A stretch of 64,000 nt of DNA from NCBI GenBank assembly GCA_000004695.1, contig CM000152.2, positions 2,656,001 to 2,720,000 on the forward strand, in the 5' to 3' direction. Positions 13,594 to 25,662 of this stretch are shown here, in pieces. Positions within the stretch are counted from its first letter, which is position 1. Each line of letters starts with the position of its first letter. The notes beneath the pieces are model-generated. The model was not told where the DNA came from, ran no database searches, and saw nothing but the letters and a program-made list of their open reading frames with translations. Both the position numbers and the translations under genes were made by a program. The stretch is from Dictyostelium discoideum. Its lineage: Eukaryota.

Positions 13594-14349
13594 TGTGTGA
13601 GAATTATTAAGAAAAAATAATAAAAAAAAAAAAAATTTTAGAAAAAAAAAGTTTCTAGATTTTCAATTTAAATCAAAAAAAAAAAACCCAGTTGCGATTT
13701 TAAAATTATTTTATTATTTTTTAATTATTTTTTTTTTTTTTTTTTTTTTTAAAAACTCAAAAATTTAATTATTTGACTAGAATAATTTATAATCTTAAAT
13801 TTTATTTTGAGAAATCTTGTTTTGAGAAAAAAAAAAAAATATTATTTTTTTTTATTTTTTATTTTATTAAACTAATATTAATTTTTTATTTATTTTTGAC
13901 TATTTAAATTGTTTTTATTTTTTTATTTTTTTTTAAAAATAATTGTTTTCTTTTTTCTCTTTTGGTAAAAATTAAAAAATAATAAAAAGTATAAATTATT
14001 TCCATTAATAATTTATTTTGTTTAGTTTGAAAGGTTGTCTTATTCAATGGATAAATAATTAAATTCTATTAATTTACTTTTTAGTTTATTAAAATAAAAA
14101 ATAAAAAAAAATAATATTTTTATTTTATTACAATAGTTTTATAATCATTTTTTAAAATAAACTTATTTAAAATATTTTATGTGGTGGTTTGAAAGCCTTT
14201 AATTATATATAAATCCATATTGATATTTGTTTATAATTAAAAAAATAAAAAAAAAAAAAATAATAACAGGTTGCTGAAAATGGCATAATGGATTTATTTA
14301 ATGATGTTTGTTATTATTTTATAATTCATACTAATTTTTGTAAATCTAC

Positions 14350-15723
14350 TTAAAATTCAATTTTAGGCTCCCAATAATAAGCAGTATCCCAAGTATACAC
14401 CCTTGGGTGAGTGATTTGTTGTTTATATTTTGTGCTTCTGAATATGTTTTTAGAATATGGGAATTTTGTTAAAGGAGTGTCAAAAAGTAATAATTCTTTA
14501 ACTGATTGTGGTATTTCACTTATTGCTTGATTAAATCCATCTAAAAAAAACAAATTTAAAACACCATTTGGTATTGAACTTTTTAATAATGGTTTTCTAA
14601 TTGCACCTACAAAAAGATGTGTAATTGATTGTGGTAGCATGCCTTCTGTTAGTTTAACATTGAATCCATCAAGTAATATCACACATTTAACTGATGTTGG
14701 AATTGAACCTATTTTAACTGTTTTAACACTTGGTGCAATCGCTACATGAGTTGTACCATTTGGAATGATAGAATCATCTTTATAAATAAAACATTCATTT
14801 CCACCAGCTTTATATAAATAATAATTTAATATTAATAAAATAATTAAAACAATCTAATATTATTATAATTTTATTAAAATACTTAATGATATTTACCAGT
14901 AACTCTTTTTGGGTCCTTTACATTTGTAATAGAGAGAGAATTGCTAATTTCGAATATTTCTTTAATTGATTCTTTAACTTGTTCACAATTATTTACAATA
15001 TTTACATTTTTATATTGATTTATTAATTCTTGGATTTTATTTTCATTTTGATTATCTTTTATTAACAGTCGTGATTGATAACAATGTTTTAATATTTCAA
15101 TATGTTGATAGTTATTATTATTTTTATTATTATTAATGATTTGATCAATATTTATATGATTTATTGTATTTTTATATTTATTTGTAATTAAATTAATATT
15201 ATTTAAATTATCATGTATAGTGGTTGAAATGTTTGTATTGATATCTTTATTTTCATCATAGAGTGTTACTAATTGTTTGATTTTATCAATTTCAATGATT
15301 TGTAATAATTTGGAGAGTTCTTTAAATACTTCTGTGATTGTATTTACATTTTCAGTGTGTTTATCTTCTAATGATTTAAATAAATTATTTGATTCATTTA
15401 ATAACTCATTATTGATATCAATTTGTTTATCTAAATTTTGAATGTGATTATTTTTAAATTCTTCAAAGATTGTTTTTGAATTCTCTGCATTTATAAAATC
15501 AAATCTATGACCATTATGATCTGAAACAATACATCCATCACATACTACTACCTTGAAATAATAAAAATAGAGACAATGAGAATTACTTTTTGTTTTAACA
15601 AGTGGTAAATGTTTTTAAATAATAAAAAACTATAACTACCTTACATGTTGAACAAACTAATCTAATATCAAAATCTTTATGCAATGCACATTTATTATCA
15701 TATTTATTAATTAGAGTAGTCAT
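14350..15723 (-). CDS. B-box zinc finger / FNIP-repeat protein, paralog 7 (3 exons)
   Basis: ATG at 15723 (MTTLINKYDNKCALHKDFDIRLVCSTCK). FNIP exon at 14350..14682 and upstream, with conserved intron positions. Confidence 0.7.
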
Positions 15724-15812
15724 TTGGTTTGGAAAAAATATAAATATTTAGCAATTAAAATTTTATTAATTTGTGAAATTTTCAAAAAAAAAAAAAATAA
15801 AAAAAAAATAAA

Positions 15813-15849
<37 letters not shown>

Positions 15850-15899
15850 AAATAAAAATAAAATTTTGAACCAAAAAAGGATTTAAATTCATTTTAATT

Positions 15900-15935
<36 letters not shown>

Positions 15936-16369
15936 GAATGGATTGATTCTTTTATTTCCCTACTAGAAAAAGTGATCAATTTTAATTTTTTTTTTCTTTT
16001 TTATTTAAATAATAGTAAAAAAAAAAATATATTTCCAAAATTCTAACAAATTTAAAACAATCACAAAAAAATAATAATAAGTTCACTGCAAATCTCATTA
16101 TTCCAAAAAAAATATCTTTTCAAAATAGAAAAAAAAAAAAATAAAAATCCAATTCCAGAAATTTCTGTGAAAATGAAAAAAAAAAAAAATTAGTGATTTT
16201 TTTGATTGAAAAAAAAATAATTAGTGATTTTGTATGTTGAAAAAAAAACAAAAAAAACAAAAGAAAAAAATAAAGTGAAAATAAATAAATAATTTGGCTA
16301 AAGAAAACCGTAATTTTTTTAAGATTGCATATTGTACAATTTATTATAAGTTTTTTTTTTTTTTTTTTT

Positions 16370-17661
16370 TTACATTTCAATTTGAGAGTAACCATTTGAA
16401 TTCCATAACACTTCATTAAAACCATTGAGATCTTGTTTACAAGAAGGAGTTTTATAAACTCTAACTGATTTTATTAAAGTTTGAGGGATTTTAAAAGAAG
16501 TATCACCTAAATAGATTTGAGTAACATTTGGTGGTATTTCAGAGATTTCTTGATTGAATCCATCTAATAAAAATAAAAATGAAACACTTTGTGGTATTGA
16601 TTTCTTTATCAATGGTTTTCTAATGGCACCAATATGTAACCATTGGACGGAATTTGGTAATAAACCTTCAGTTAATTGAAGATTAAAGCCATTTAATAAT
16701 GCAATTCTTTGAATAGTTGCAGGAATTGAACCAATTGTTAAATTTTTAATACTTGGTCCTAATGCTAAATAAAGTGTGCCATTTGGTATAACACAACCAT
16801 CTTTATAAATGAAATATTCACCACCACCCACTTTTTTGTTTTTTTAATTATAATTTAAAATAATTAGGAATTAGTTTTAAAGGATTTTAAAAAATTAAAA
16901 AATTAAAATAAATTAAAATATTATATTTACATTTTACTCTTTTTGGATCTTTATAAGTTGCAGAACTTAATTTAATTTTAAAAGTATCTTTAATTGAATT
17001 CTTTACAAAATCCATTGAATTTTCAATTGTAACTTTATTAAATTCATTTAATAAATCAATATTTTTATTTTCAGTATTCTTTTCTTTTACCAACATTTGA
17101 GATTGATGACAATGTTTTAATAATTCTAAATGTTGATGATTATTTCCTTTAATATTTTGATCATTATTAAAAATTTGTTGGATATTAAAATTATTAATTG
17201 TATCCTTGTATTTATTTGTAATTAAATGAGCATTCTTTGAATTATTTTCAAGTTTTTTTGAAATTTTTGAATGAGTTTCTTTATTTTCATCATAATGACT
17301 GACCAAATGTTTAATGGTATCCTTTTCAACTGAATCCAAAATTGTATGTAATTGTTTAAATTCATTGGAAATTGTATTGACATTGTGAATATGTTCCTCT
17401 TCAAGTTCATTAAAAATCTCATTTGATTTATTTAATAATTCTTTATCACCATCCAAACATTTAATTAAAAATTGAAAATTATTATTTTTAAATTCTTGAA
17501 AAATTTGATTACAATTTTCAGAGGTAATAAAATCAATTGAATGGCTACGATGATGATTTTTTGAAACAATACAATAATCACAAACTGGAACTCTACAATC
17601 ACTACAAATAAATCTATAATCATAATCATTATGTAGTGTACATTTATTATCAAATTTACCT

Positions 17662-17666
<5 letters not shown>
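16370..17666 (-). CDS. B-box zinc finger / FNIP-repeat protein, paralog 8 (diverged; B-box region not split by an intron)
   Basis: ORF 16887..17666 begins MAGKFDNKCTLHNDYDYRFICSDCRVPVCDYCIVSKNHH, a B-box read without an intron. ORF 16370..16831 carries FNIP repeats, with an intron between them at about 16832..16905. A T60 tract lies directly upstream of the ATG. Confidence 0.65.
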
Positions 17667-17715
<49 letters not shown>

Positions 17716-18731
17716 TTAAAACAATATTTTTTTTTTTTTTGTTTTTTGTTTTTTGTTGAGATGTCAGTTGTTTTGGATGATCAAAATAAAAAAAAGAAAA
17801 TAAAAAAAAAAAAAAAAAGTAAATCAATTTTTTTTTTTTTTTTAAAAAAGTAAAAAATAAAAAAAAAAAAAAAAAAAAAAAAGTTTTTAAATATATTCGA
17901 TCAGTGGATAGTTTTCACATAAAGAAGCTGTGCAACCCAACATAGAAAAAATGGGGTATTAGTTTAATTTATTTGGGCACCAAAACACTTTTTTTTTAAA
18001 AAAAAAAATAAAAACTCTGCTGAATATCAATGTGATTTTTTCTTTTTTTTTAATTTTGATTTTTTGATTTTTTTTTAATTTTTTTATTATTTTTTTTTTT
18101 TTTTTTCTGATATTCTGGAAAAACTTAAATTTCGACTTTTAAAATCATTATTAATTTCATTGCTTCCTTCTATTATTTTTTTTAATTATTTTTATTTTTA
18201 TTTTTTTTTTATAAATGTGGTTTTTAAAAAATCTCAGATTAATCTTGACGTAAGGATATTTTTTTTATTGTGTTATAGAAGTTTTTTTTTTTTTTTTTAT
18301 ATTATAATACCAACCCATATATTAATTATTCACACGTGTGCTTTGAGTTTTTAAAAATATCAAAGAATAAATTTAAATTTCTAAAGAAATTTTATTAAAA
18401 TCCCAACCTGATATTTAAAATATAAAAAAAAAAAAAAAATTTATGTAATTTCACATTAATTTTCAAAATGTGGATTATTCTACCAAATAATTTTGGCAAA
18501 ACAGACTATATTAAAAAAAATATTTTTTTTTTTTTTTTTTTTTCTCCAAGTAAATTATTAAAAACATATGATTTCAGAATATTATTTTGATTAAAAGTTT
18601 TAATAATATTAATAAGAATAATAATGATTAACAATAAAACAATAATAATTAAAATAATAATTTATTTATTTAGTTTTATATATTTTAGAGTTTTCGTTCG
18701 AAACTTTTCGTTATTTTTCGACCGAGAACTC

Positions 18732-18874
18732 TTTTTTTTTTTTTTTTTTTTTTTACCTAAAAGCGGTGTATTGTTATATTTTATTACATTTTTAAATTTT
18801 TAGATTTTTAAATTTTTAAATTTTTATATTGTTATATGTTGATATTTTTGGTTATATTATGATTACTACTACTT

Positions 18875-18948
<74 letters not shown>

Positions 18949-19442
18949 TATAATGGAATTGGGTTTGGAGTGTTCGGGTTATGCCATGATGTGTTGAAGT
19001 TGATTATTAATTGGTCTCTGTTATTTAATTTGTATATTGTTTCATTCCTTTCGATCTTCTTTATTAAAATGAATTTCTCTATTTTAATTAAGTTGGTTAG
19101 TTCTTTTTCAATTAATGTTGGATCAAATGAGGGTGGAGTTTTAGATTCGTCTTGATTGAATAGTTTGTAACAAATGATTCTCCATAGTTGATGTATAATT
19201 ATGCCGATTAAATTTGGGTAGATTCTTTCTTTTTTATTTGTTTTGCTAATATCTAGTGAATTGAGATCCCAATTTCTGATCTTGAAGAATGAGAGATTGT
19301 TGAATGTTGAAATTATTATGTTTTCTATTTCTTTTACTTGCATACAGTCTATAAAAAGGTGAGTGTATGGGTCACGGATTATATTGTTAGAGATTTTGCA
19401 TGGTACGTTCCGTTCATAGTTGATTCCAGGAAGTGACCTTTA
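18732..19442 (-). mobile_element. TRE3-like non-LTR retrotransposon, 5'-truncated 3' fragment
   Basis: Minus-strand ORF 18948..19343 looks like an ORF2 C-terminus. The 3' end carries poly(A) (poly-T on plus at 18878..18946 and 18732..18757). It is flanked by a 12-bp direct duplication gaccgagaactc at 18720..18731 and 19443..19454. It sits 96 bp downstream of the tRNA-Glu 3' end in the same orientation as the tRNA. Confidence 0.6.
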
Positions 19443-19496
19443 GACCGAGAACTCCAAAATTATAAAAACTTATTAATGAATGTAATTCATTACAAA

Positions 19497-19507
19497 GATT
19501 CGAACCT
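19497..19507 (-). promoter_or_regulatory. External B-box (exB) downstream of tRNA-Glu
   Basis: GGTTCGAATC on the minus strand, 30 bp past the tRNA 3' end. Dictyostelium tRNA genes commonly carry an extra B-box downstream. Confidence 0.5.
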
Positions 19508-19536
19508 GCGACTTTTGGTCTCCCTGATTAAAAAGC

Positions 19537-19608
19537 TCCCCATTCGGGAATCGAACCCGAGGTACCAGTGTGAAAGACTAGAGTGTTACCGACTACACCA
19601 ATGAGGAT
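19537..19608 (-). tRNA. tRNA-Glu (anticodon UUC)
   Basis: The reverse complement TCCTCATTGGTGTAGTCGGTAACACTCTAGTCTTTCACACTGGTACCTCGGGTTCGATTCCCGAATGGGGAG folds as a cloverleaf: 7-bp acceptor stem with one G-U, anticodon loop CTTTCAC, T-loop GGTTCGATTCC. Confidence 0.85.
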
Positions 19609-19655
19609 TTGGTTTGAATTTTGATTTTTTTATATAATAAAATTTCACGTTTTTT

Positions 19656-19719
19656 GGAAAAAAACAAACAACAACAACAATCTCTTTTTTTGATTATTTC
19701 ATTTTTCATATAAAAAAGA

Positions 19720-19754
<35 letters not shown>

Positions 19755-21460
19755 GGAACCAAGTTAATTAGAAAATTTCCAGATTTTTAACTTTTTAAAG
19801 AAAAATAAAAAAGATAGAAAGAAAATAAAATGAAAATCACAAACAACACCACAAATATTAAGCAACACAAATGCCTACAAAAAATAAGCGAAATTGTGGA
19901 TAAAACTCAATTAAAAAAAAAACAATTCAAATACGTCATAAACATCAATCACGAACCAGACGATAAAATAAAAAAAGATTTAGAAAAAAGTTTGGACAAA
20001 AAAGATGTTTTAATCAAAAGTAATAATACATTCAAAATTCTCACAGACAGTATTAGTACAGTAATCTATTTTGTAAATATGTTTGATGCAGAATTAAAAG
20101 GACAATTTATAACCACTATAAGACCAAAAAATATGTATACAGATTTTGATTGGTATAAATCACTCACAGAAATAGAATGGGTAATAGAAAATGAAGGATG
20201 TAAACTAATTAAATCAGAAATTAAAGGCGAAACTCTAATTATCAAAACAGTGAAAAGAGTCGTAGAAGAATTTGACACTATCATTGAACTAGACAATCTA
20301 ACATTAATTGGACACTCCAACAAAGGATGGAGAGATCAAACCTCATTACCAGAAAATCAAGAAGAAAACAAAAATAAAAAACAATCAGATGAACAACAAC
20401 CACAATCTACATCAGAACAAATACCAAAACAAGGAAAAAGAACAATCATTATCCCACCAATCACATCCTCATCTAATGATAAAACATTTATGGCCCTAGA
20501 TGATACAGCTCAAAAGGTAATAGAAGCATCACTAGAAAACGTAGATGAACTAACAAGAATAGAGAATGAGATCAATACACAATCGATAAACAATCAAGAA
20601 ATTAAAACAAAATCAGAAAAACCTATCGAACCACCATCTCCATACAATACACCAATAAAACAACACGGCGAAACAAAGGGACTAACAACGGAAGAAAAAC
20701 TTAGAGAGGCAAATGATATCTTCGACTTCACCAGCCCAAACACTGATGCAATAAGAAAAATAGAATTCCCACTTTCAATCCCTTCAAATCAATGGTTCTT
20801 CTCCTCTCCAATAAAACATATCATGAGTTTCAGCCCAACCTATGGTACACCATCGAAAATTATCGATTCACCAAGTAAATTGTTAAACACACCAAAAAAG
20901 AAACAACAAGACAAAACAAACAAGACCAACAAAACACCAGTCAAACCAAAATTGGGTGAATATGGACAAAAAAGCATAAAAACAAAAATGGATGAAGATA
21001 TAGACAACTTCAACAAGGAAATTCTAAAACAAATCAATAAATCAAAAAACCCCACAAACACACAAGACCAACAACACAACGAACAAAGTAAAGATCAGTT
21101 AGAAGACAAAATAAACCAGAAACTTCAAAAGGTAGATAAAAATCTACCCCAAATAAAACTATAAAGAAAAACACAATAAGAATAGGTGTTTGGAACGTCC
21201 AAGGATCCAACACCATCCAATCTGCCAGCATAATAAACACCGTTTTAGACAACAACAAGCTGGACGCAGCACTTCTAACTGAAACAAATATAAAAACAAA
21301 TAAAATTTACTCAATAAATCAACAATATAAAAACAAAATAACACACCACGCACCAATTGATAAAACAGGACAAGGGGTGTCACAAATCATCATCAACACC
21401 CGCAATAGAACTTCCTAAACATCTCAAAAAATACAATAATTCACTCAGTACTTTCTATAA

Positions 21461-21520
<60 letters not shown>

Positions 21521-21843
21521 CAAGTTAATCAGAAAAATAAAAAAGATAGAAAGAAAATAAAAGGAAAATCACAAACAACACCACAAATATTAAGCAACAC
21601 AAATGCCTACAAAAAATAAGCGAAATTGTGGATAAAACTCAATTAAAAAAAAAACAATTCAAATACGTCATAAACATCAATCACGAACCAGACGATAAAA
21701 TAAAAAAAGATTTAGAAAAAAGTTTGGACAAAAAAGATGTTTTAATCAAAAAGACCCTGTAAAAAAAAAAAAAAAAATAAAATGAGATCTAGCATCTCAA
21801 GGAGAAGCAAATAATAATTGCGTTATCCAATTCAAAAAAAAAA
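19656..21843 (+). mobile_element. TRE5-A-like non-LTR retrotransposon complex: several 5' fragments each ending in poly(A)
   Basis: Flanked by the direct duplication aaatttcacgtttttt (19640..19655 and 21844..21859). The body starts 48 bp upstream of the tRNA-Glu 5' end, with the 5' end facing the tRNA. Segments: 19656..19740; 19741..21517 (5' UTR, ORF1, start of ORF2, then A50); 21518..21775 (a second copy of the 5' UTR plus ORF1 start, then poly(A)); 21776..21843. Confidence 0.65.
19830..21164 (+). CDS. TRE5-like ORF1 protein (444 aa); start of the ORF2 endonuclease follows at 21165..21420
   Basis: A long ORF inside the element. A downstream ORF (IGVWNVQGSNTIQS...ALLTETN) has the hallmark of an APE-type endonuclease N-terminus. 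The first 50 codons recur in the tandem partial copy at 21565..21745. Confidence 0.55.
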   Translation: MKITNNTTNIKQHKCLQKISEIVDKTQLKKKQFKYVININHEPDDKIKKDLEKSLDKKDVLIKSNNTFKILTDSISTVIYFVNMFDAELKGQFITTIRPKNMYTDFDWYKSLTEIEWVIENEGCKLIKSEIKGETLIIKTVKRVVEEFDTIIELDNLTLIGHSNKGWRDQTSLPENQEENKNKKQSDEQQPQSTSEQIPKQGKRTIIIPPITSSSNDKTFMALDDTAQKVIEASLENVDELTRIENEINTQSINNQEIKTKSEKPIEPPSPYNTPIKQHGETKGLTTEEKLREANDIFDFTSPNTDAIRKIEFPLSIPSNQWFFSSPIKHIMSFSPTYGTPSKIIDSPSKLLNTPKKKQQDKTNKTNKTPVKPKLGEYGQKSIKTKMDEDIDNFNKEILKQINKSKNPTNTQDQQHNEQSKDQLEDKINQKLQKVDKNLPQIKL

Positions 21844-22077
21844 AAATTTCACGTTTTTTCGAATTAAATAAATTATAAAATTTCAAAATTTTTTCCAGAT
21901 TTTTTAATATTCAATTTTTCCCCATTGGAATCATTAAAAATAATGAAAAATATGTATTATTAAACGAAAATGTAACATTTTAAATGTATATTTGTTTAAA
22001 TAAAAAAATTATTTCGGTTCAAAAAAAAAAAAAAAAATTAAAAATAAAAAAAAAAAAAAAAGTCGTTCGTTTTTTAA

Positions 22078-22108
<31 letters not shown>

Positions 22109-22218
22109 TAAACTTTGATTCACTTATAGATTACTTTTTTTTTTTCTTTTTTTTTTCCTCCTTGTAAATAATAACAAATAAATAAAATAAATAAAAATAT
22201 ATATATAATATATATAAA

Positions 22219-22501
22219 ATGGAATCTGAAAATAAAAATAATAATAAAAAAGTTAAAGAAGAATCTAAAGTTAAAGTTAAATTTATAACTAATGATGCAA
22301 ATATTAGAGTTACAGATACACCAATTGCTGTACCAGTTCGTTTAGGTCGTCTTGGTTTATCAGAAGTAATTCATCATTTAAGAGAAGAAGAAAACGAAAC
22401 ATCAAAACCATTCGATTTCCTTATTAATGGTAAATTTATTAGAACAACTTTAGATAAACATATTAAAAATGCAAATTTAAGTGAAGTAAGTTATAATTAT
22501 T

Positions 22502-22536
<35 letters not shown>

Positions 22537-23731
22537 TTATTATTAATATTATTAATAATATTATTTACTAATTTTTTTTTTTTATTTTTTTTTTTTTAAA
22601 AAAAAGGAACAAATTATTACAATTGAATATTTAGAAGCAATTACAGAACCAAAAAGAGAAAAAGAATGTCAACATGATGATTGGGTTAGTTGTGTTGATG
22701 GTAGTAATTTTGGATTAGTAGTTAGTGGATCATATGATTTAGGTGTTAGAGTTTGGGGATATGATGGTGAACTTATTTCAACTGGTACTGGTCATTTAGC
22801 AGGTGTAAAAAGTGTTTGTTGGATTAGTGATAAAAACGCTGATAATCTTAGTTTTGTATCAGCATCAATGGATAAAACATTACGTGTTTGGAATTTCAAT
22901 AAATCACAATCTGAAATCAAAGCATTGGCATGCTTAAAAGAGCATACTGGTACAATTGAATCTGTTTACGTTTCACCAGATTCATCACGTATTGTATCGG
23001 CTTCAATGGATTCAACAATTAAATTATGGAGTATTAAAGACATACCAAATCAACATGCAACCACTTCAAGCTCCATTGAAAAGAGTAATAGTAAAAAACG
23101 TAGATTAGCAAACAACACCAATAATGAAACAGCAGCCGTCGACCAACAATCAGAGATCATTCATAATATAACGGAGTCATTGGCATCGGTAACCGTACCA
23201 AACAGTCAAGGTGTTACAGTGGTCAATTGGACAACCCAATTCCAAATGTTGTCAGGTTCAATGGATTCAAAAATTAGATTATGGGATGTTAGTACATTGG
23301 TTGCAAATGATACAATCCCTACACCTGCTCCATTAACCGATTTGGATTATTCAATGGAATCTGGTTTAATTGTAACTGCACATAAAGATAGAATCGTTAG
23401 AATTTGGGATCCAAGATCATCCGATGAAACTAAATCTCAAACTCAATCTTTAATCTCTCATAAAACTTGGGTAACAAGTGTAAATTGGAATCCATCTTCA
23501 AAATATCATTGTTGTTCTACCTCTCATGATGGTACCGTCAAATATTGGGATATCCGTACAAAGATTCCATTATACACTATTGATACTTTAGAGAAATCAA
23601 AAGATAAAGTTTTATCATCATCTTTCATTTCAAATAAAAATAAAAATATTAATGATTATTCAATTGTTTCTGGTGGTACTGATTCAAAATTAAGAATTCA
23701 TTATAATGATAAACAAGAACAACAACAATAA
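22219..23731 (+). CDS. wdr12: Ribosome biogenesis protein WDR12/Ytm1 homolog (NLE domain plus WD40 repeats; 2 exons, about 463 aa)
   Basis: Exon 1 22219..22485 encodes the Notchless-like NLE domain (KVKFITNDANIRVTDTPIAVPVRLGRLGLSEVIHHL...). A GTAAGT donor and AT-rich intron follow. Exon 2 22607..23731 encodes WD repeats (GHLAGVKSVCW, LRVWNF, TIKLWS, IRLWDV, VRIWDPRS, GTVKYWDIR). Confidence 0.8.
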
Positions 23732-24035
23732 ATAAATAAATAAATAAAAATAAATTAAATAAAAAGTTTTAAAAAAAAAAAAAAAAAAAAAAGAAAATAA
23801 AAACAAATTAAATGAATTAAATTTAAAAAATTAATTAATTAATAAATAAATAAATTAATTAAATTAAATTGGAAATTTACGGAAATTAATTTTTTATTTT
23901 TTTTTTTTGTTTTTTTTTTTTTATTTTTTATTTTTTTTTTCATTTTAATTTTTTTTCTTTTTTCATTTTATTATTTTATTTTAATTGCCATTGTGCTTTT
24001 TATTATTTGATAATTAAAAAAAAAAAAAAAAAAAA

Positions 24036-24602
24036 ATGAACAAATTAATTAAAATTTCAAATTTTAGAAATAATAATAATAATAATATTTTAATAATAAA
24101 TAGATTTTTTAGTTCAAAAATTTATACAAAAACAGGTGATAAAGGAACTTCAGCATTATTTAATGGTGAAAGAAGAAAGAAGGATGATCAAATTTTTCAA
24201 GCATTAGGTTCAGTTGATGAATTATCATCTCAACTTGGTCTTTCAAAAGAACATTTAATAGTATTACGTAAAGAAATAAATAATGAAAAAAAAGAATTGG
24301 CAAATAGAGTAATCGATGAAATTGAACAAATTCAATGTTTACTATTAGATATTGGTTCACATATTGCTACACCAAGTTATTCAGAAGAACAATTTCAAAA
24401 GAGATCACAATTTAATGATTTTCATACAACTCAATTAGAAAATTGGGTTGATCATTATACAAATAATCATTTGGCACCTTTAAAAAATTTCATTCTACCC
24501 GGTGGTGGTCTAACTTCTGCCTCCCTTCATGTTTGTCGTTCAGTTTGTAGAAGAAGTGAACGTGAATTAATAACAATGACAAATTTAGAAAATGAATATG
24601 AA

Positions 24603-24661
<59 letters not shown>

Positions 24662-24822
24662 AATCTCATCACCAGTTTTAAGATTTATAAATCGTTTATC
24701 AGATTATTTATTTACAATCGCTCGTATTTCAAATAAAATAGAAGGAGGTGAAGAATCTATTTATCGTAGACCTTCTGAATCATTATCTTCAAATAATAAA
24801 AATAATAATAATAGTAATAGTA

Positions 24823-24859
<37 letters not shown>

Positions 24860-24911
24860 CAATAATAAATATCAAAGAATATTGGAAAAACATTCAACAA
24901 TTCAAGATTAA
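24036..24911 (+). CDS. mmab: ATP:cob(I)alamin adenosyltransferase (PduO/MMAB type), single exon, 291 aa
   Basis: YTKTGDKGTSALFNGERRKKDDQIFQALGSVDELSSQLG is the classic MMAB N-terminal motif. LPGG..ASLHVCRSVCRRSERE and FINRLSDYLFTIARI are also present, and the N-terminus looks like a mitochondrial presequence. Two in-frame (AAT)n poly-Asn tracts are encoded. Confidence 0.85.
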
Positions 24912-25049
24912 CCTAAAAAATATAAAATAAAAAAAATATTAAAAATTAAAAAGTGAAATAAAATATCATAAACACCCGTGAAATTTTAAAAAAATATTTA
25001 CATATTTGTATAAAAAAAAAAAAATATATATATTAAAATTAATTTTATT

Positions 25050-25081
<32 letters not shown>

Positions 25082-25662
25082 TTTTTTATTTTTTTTATTT
25101 TTTTTATTTTTTTTTTATTTTTTTTTTATTTTTTTTTTTTTTTCAATTTATTTTTAAAAAAAAAAAAAAAAAAAAAAAAATTCATATACTCATATTGTCA
25201 AAACAATTGATCTACTGATATAATATCAATTTTAATATACAGCCATTAAAATCATAAATCACTAAAACCCACGATCACCTTAACATACACTAAAAATGTA
25301 GGTTATTTTTAAAAAATATAGAGAATTTTTTAATAATAAAAAAAAAAAAAAAAAAAAAAAAACACATACAACATTTTCAGACAAAAAGAGGAAAAAAAAA
25401 AAAAAAAAAACAATAGGAGGGATTTTTTTTTTTTTTTTATATTTTTTTTATATATATACATTAATAATAATCATACAATACTAATATTAAATACAAATTA
25501 ATTTAGCACACAAACAAACAAACCAAACCATATACATATATATAGATTACATAATTATTTCCCACACAAAATACATTATATAATTTATTACTTTTTGGAA
25601 ACTCAATAAAAAAAAAAATTAAATAAATTATAAATTATAGCACTCTATGTATCAAAATATCA

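Noticed and set aside
19441-19536. Second tRNA-like T-arm (gattcgaacctgcgac) between the TRE3 fragment and tRNA-Glu.
   Set aside because: Only the B-box consensus is present, with no cloverleaf. The position 30 bp downstream of the tRNA fits the external B-box of Dictyostelium tRNA genes.
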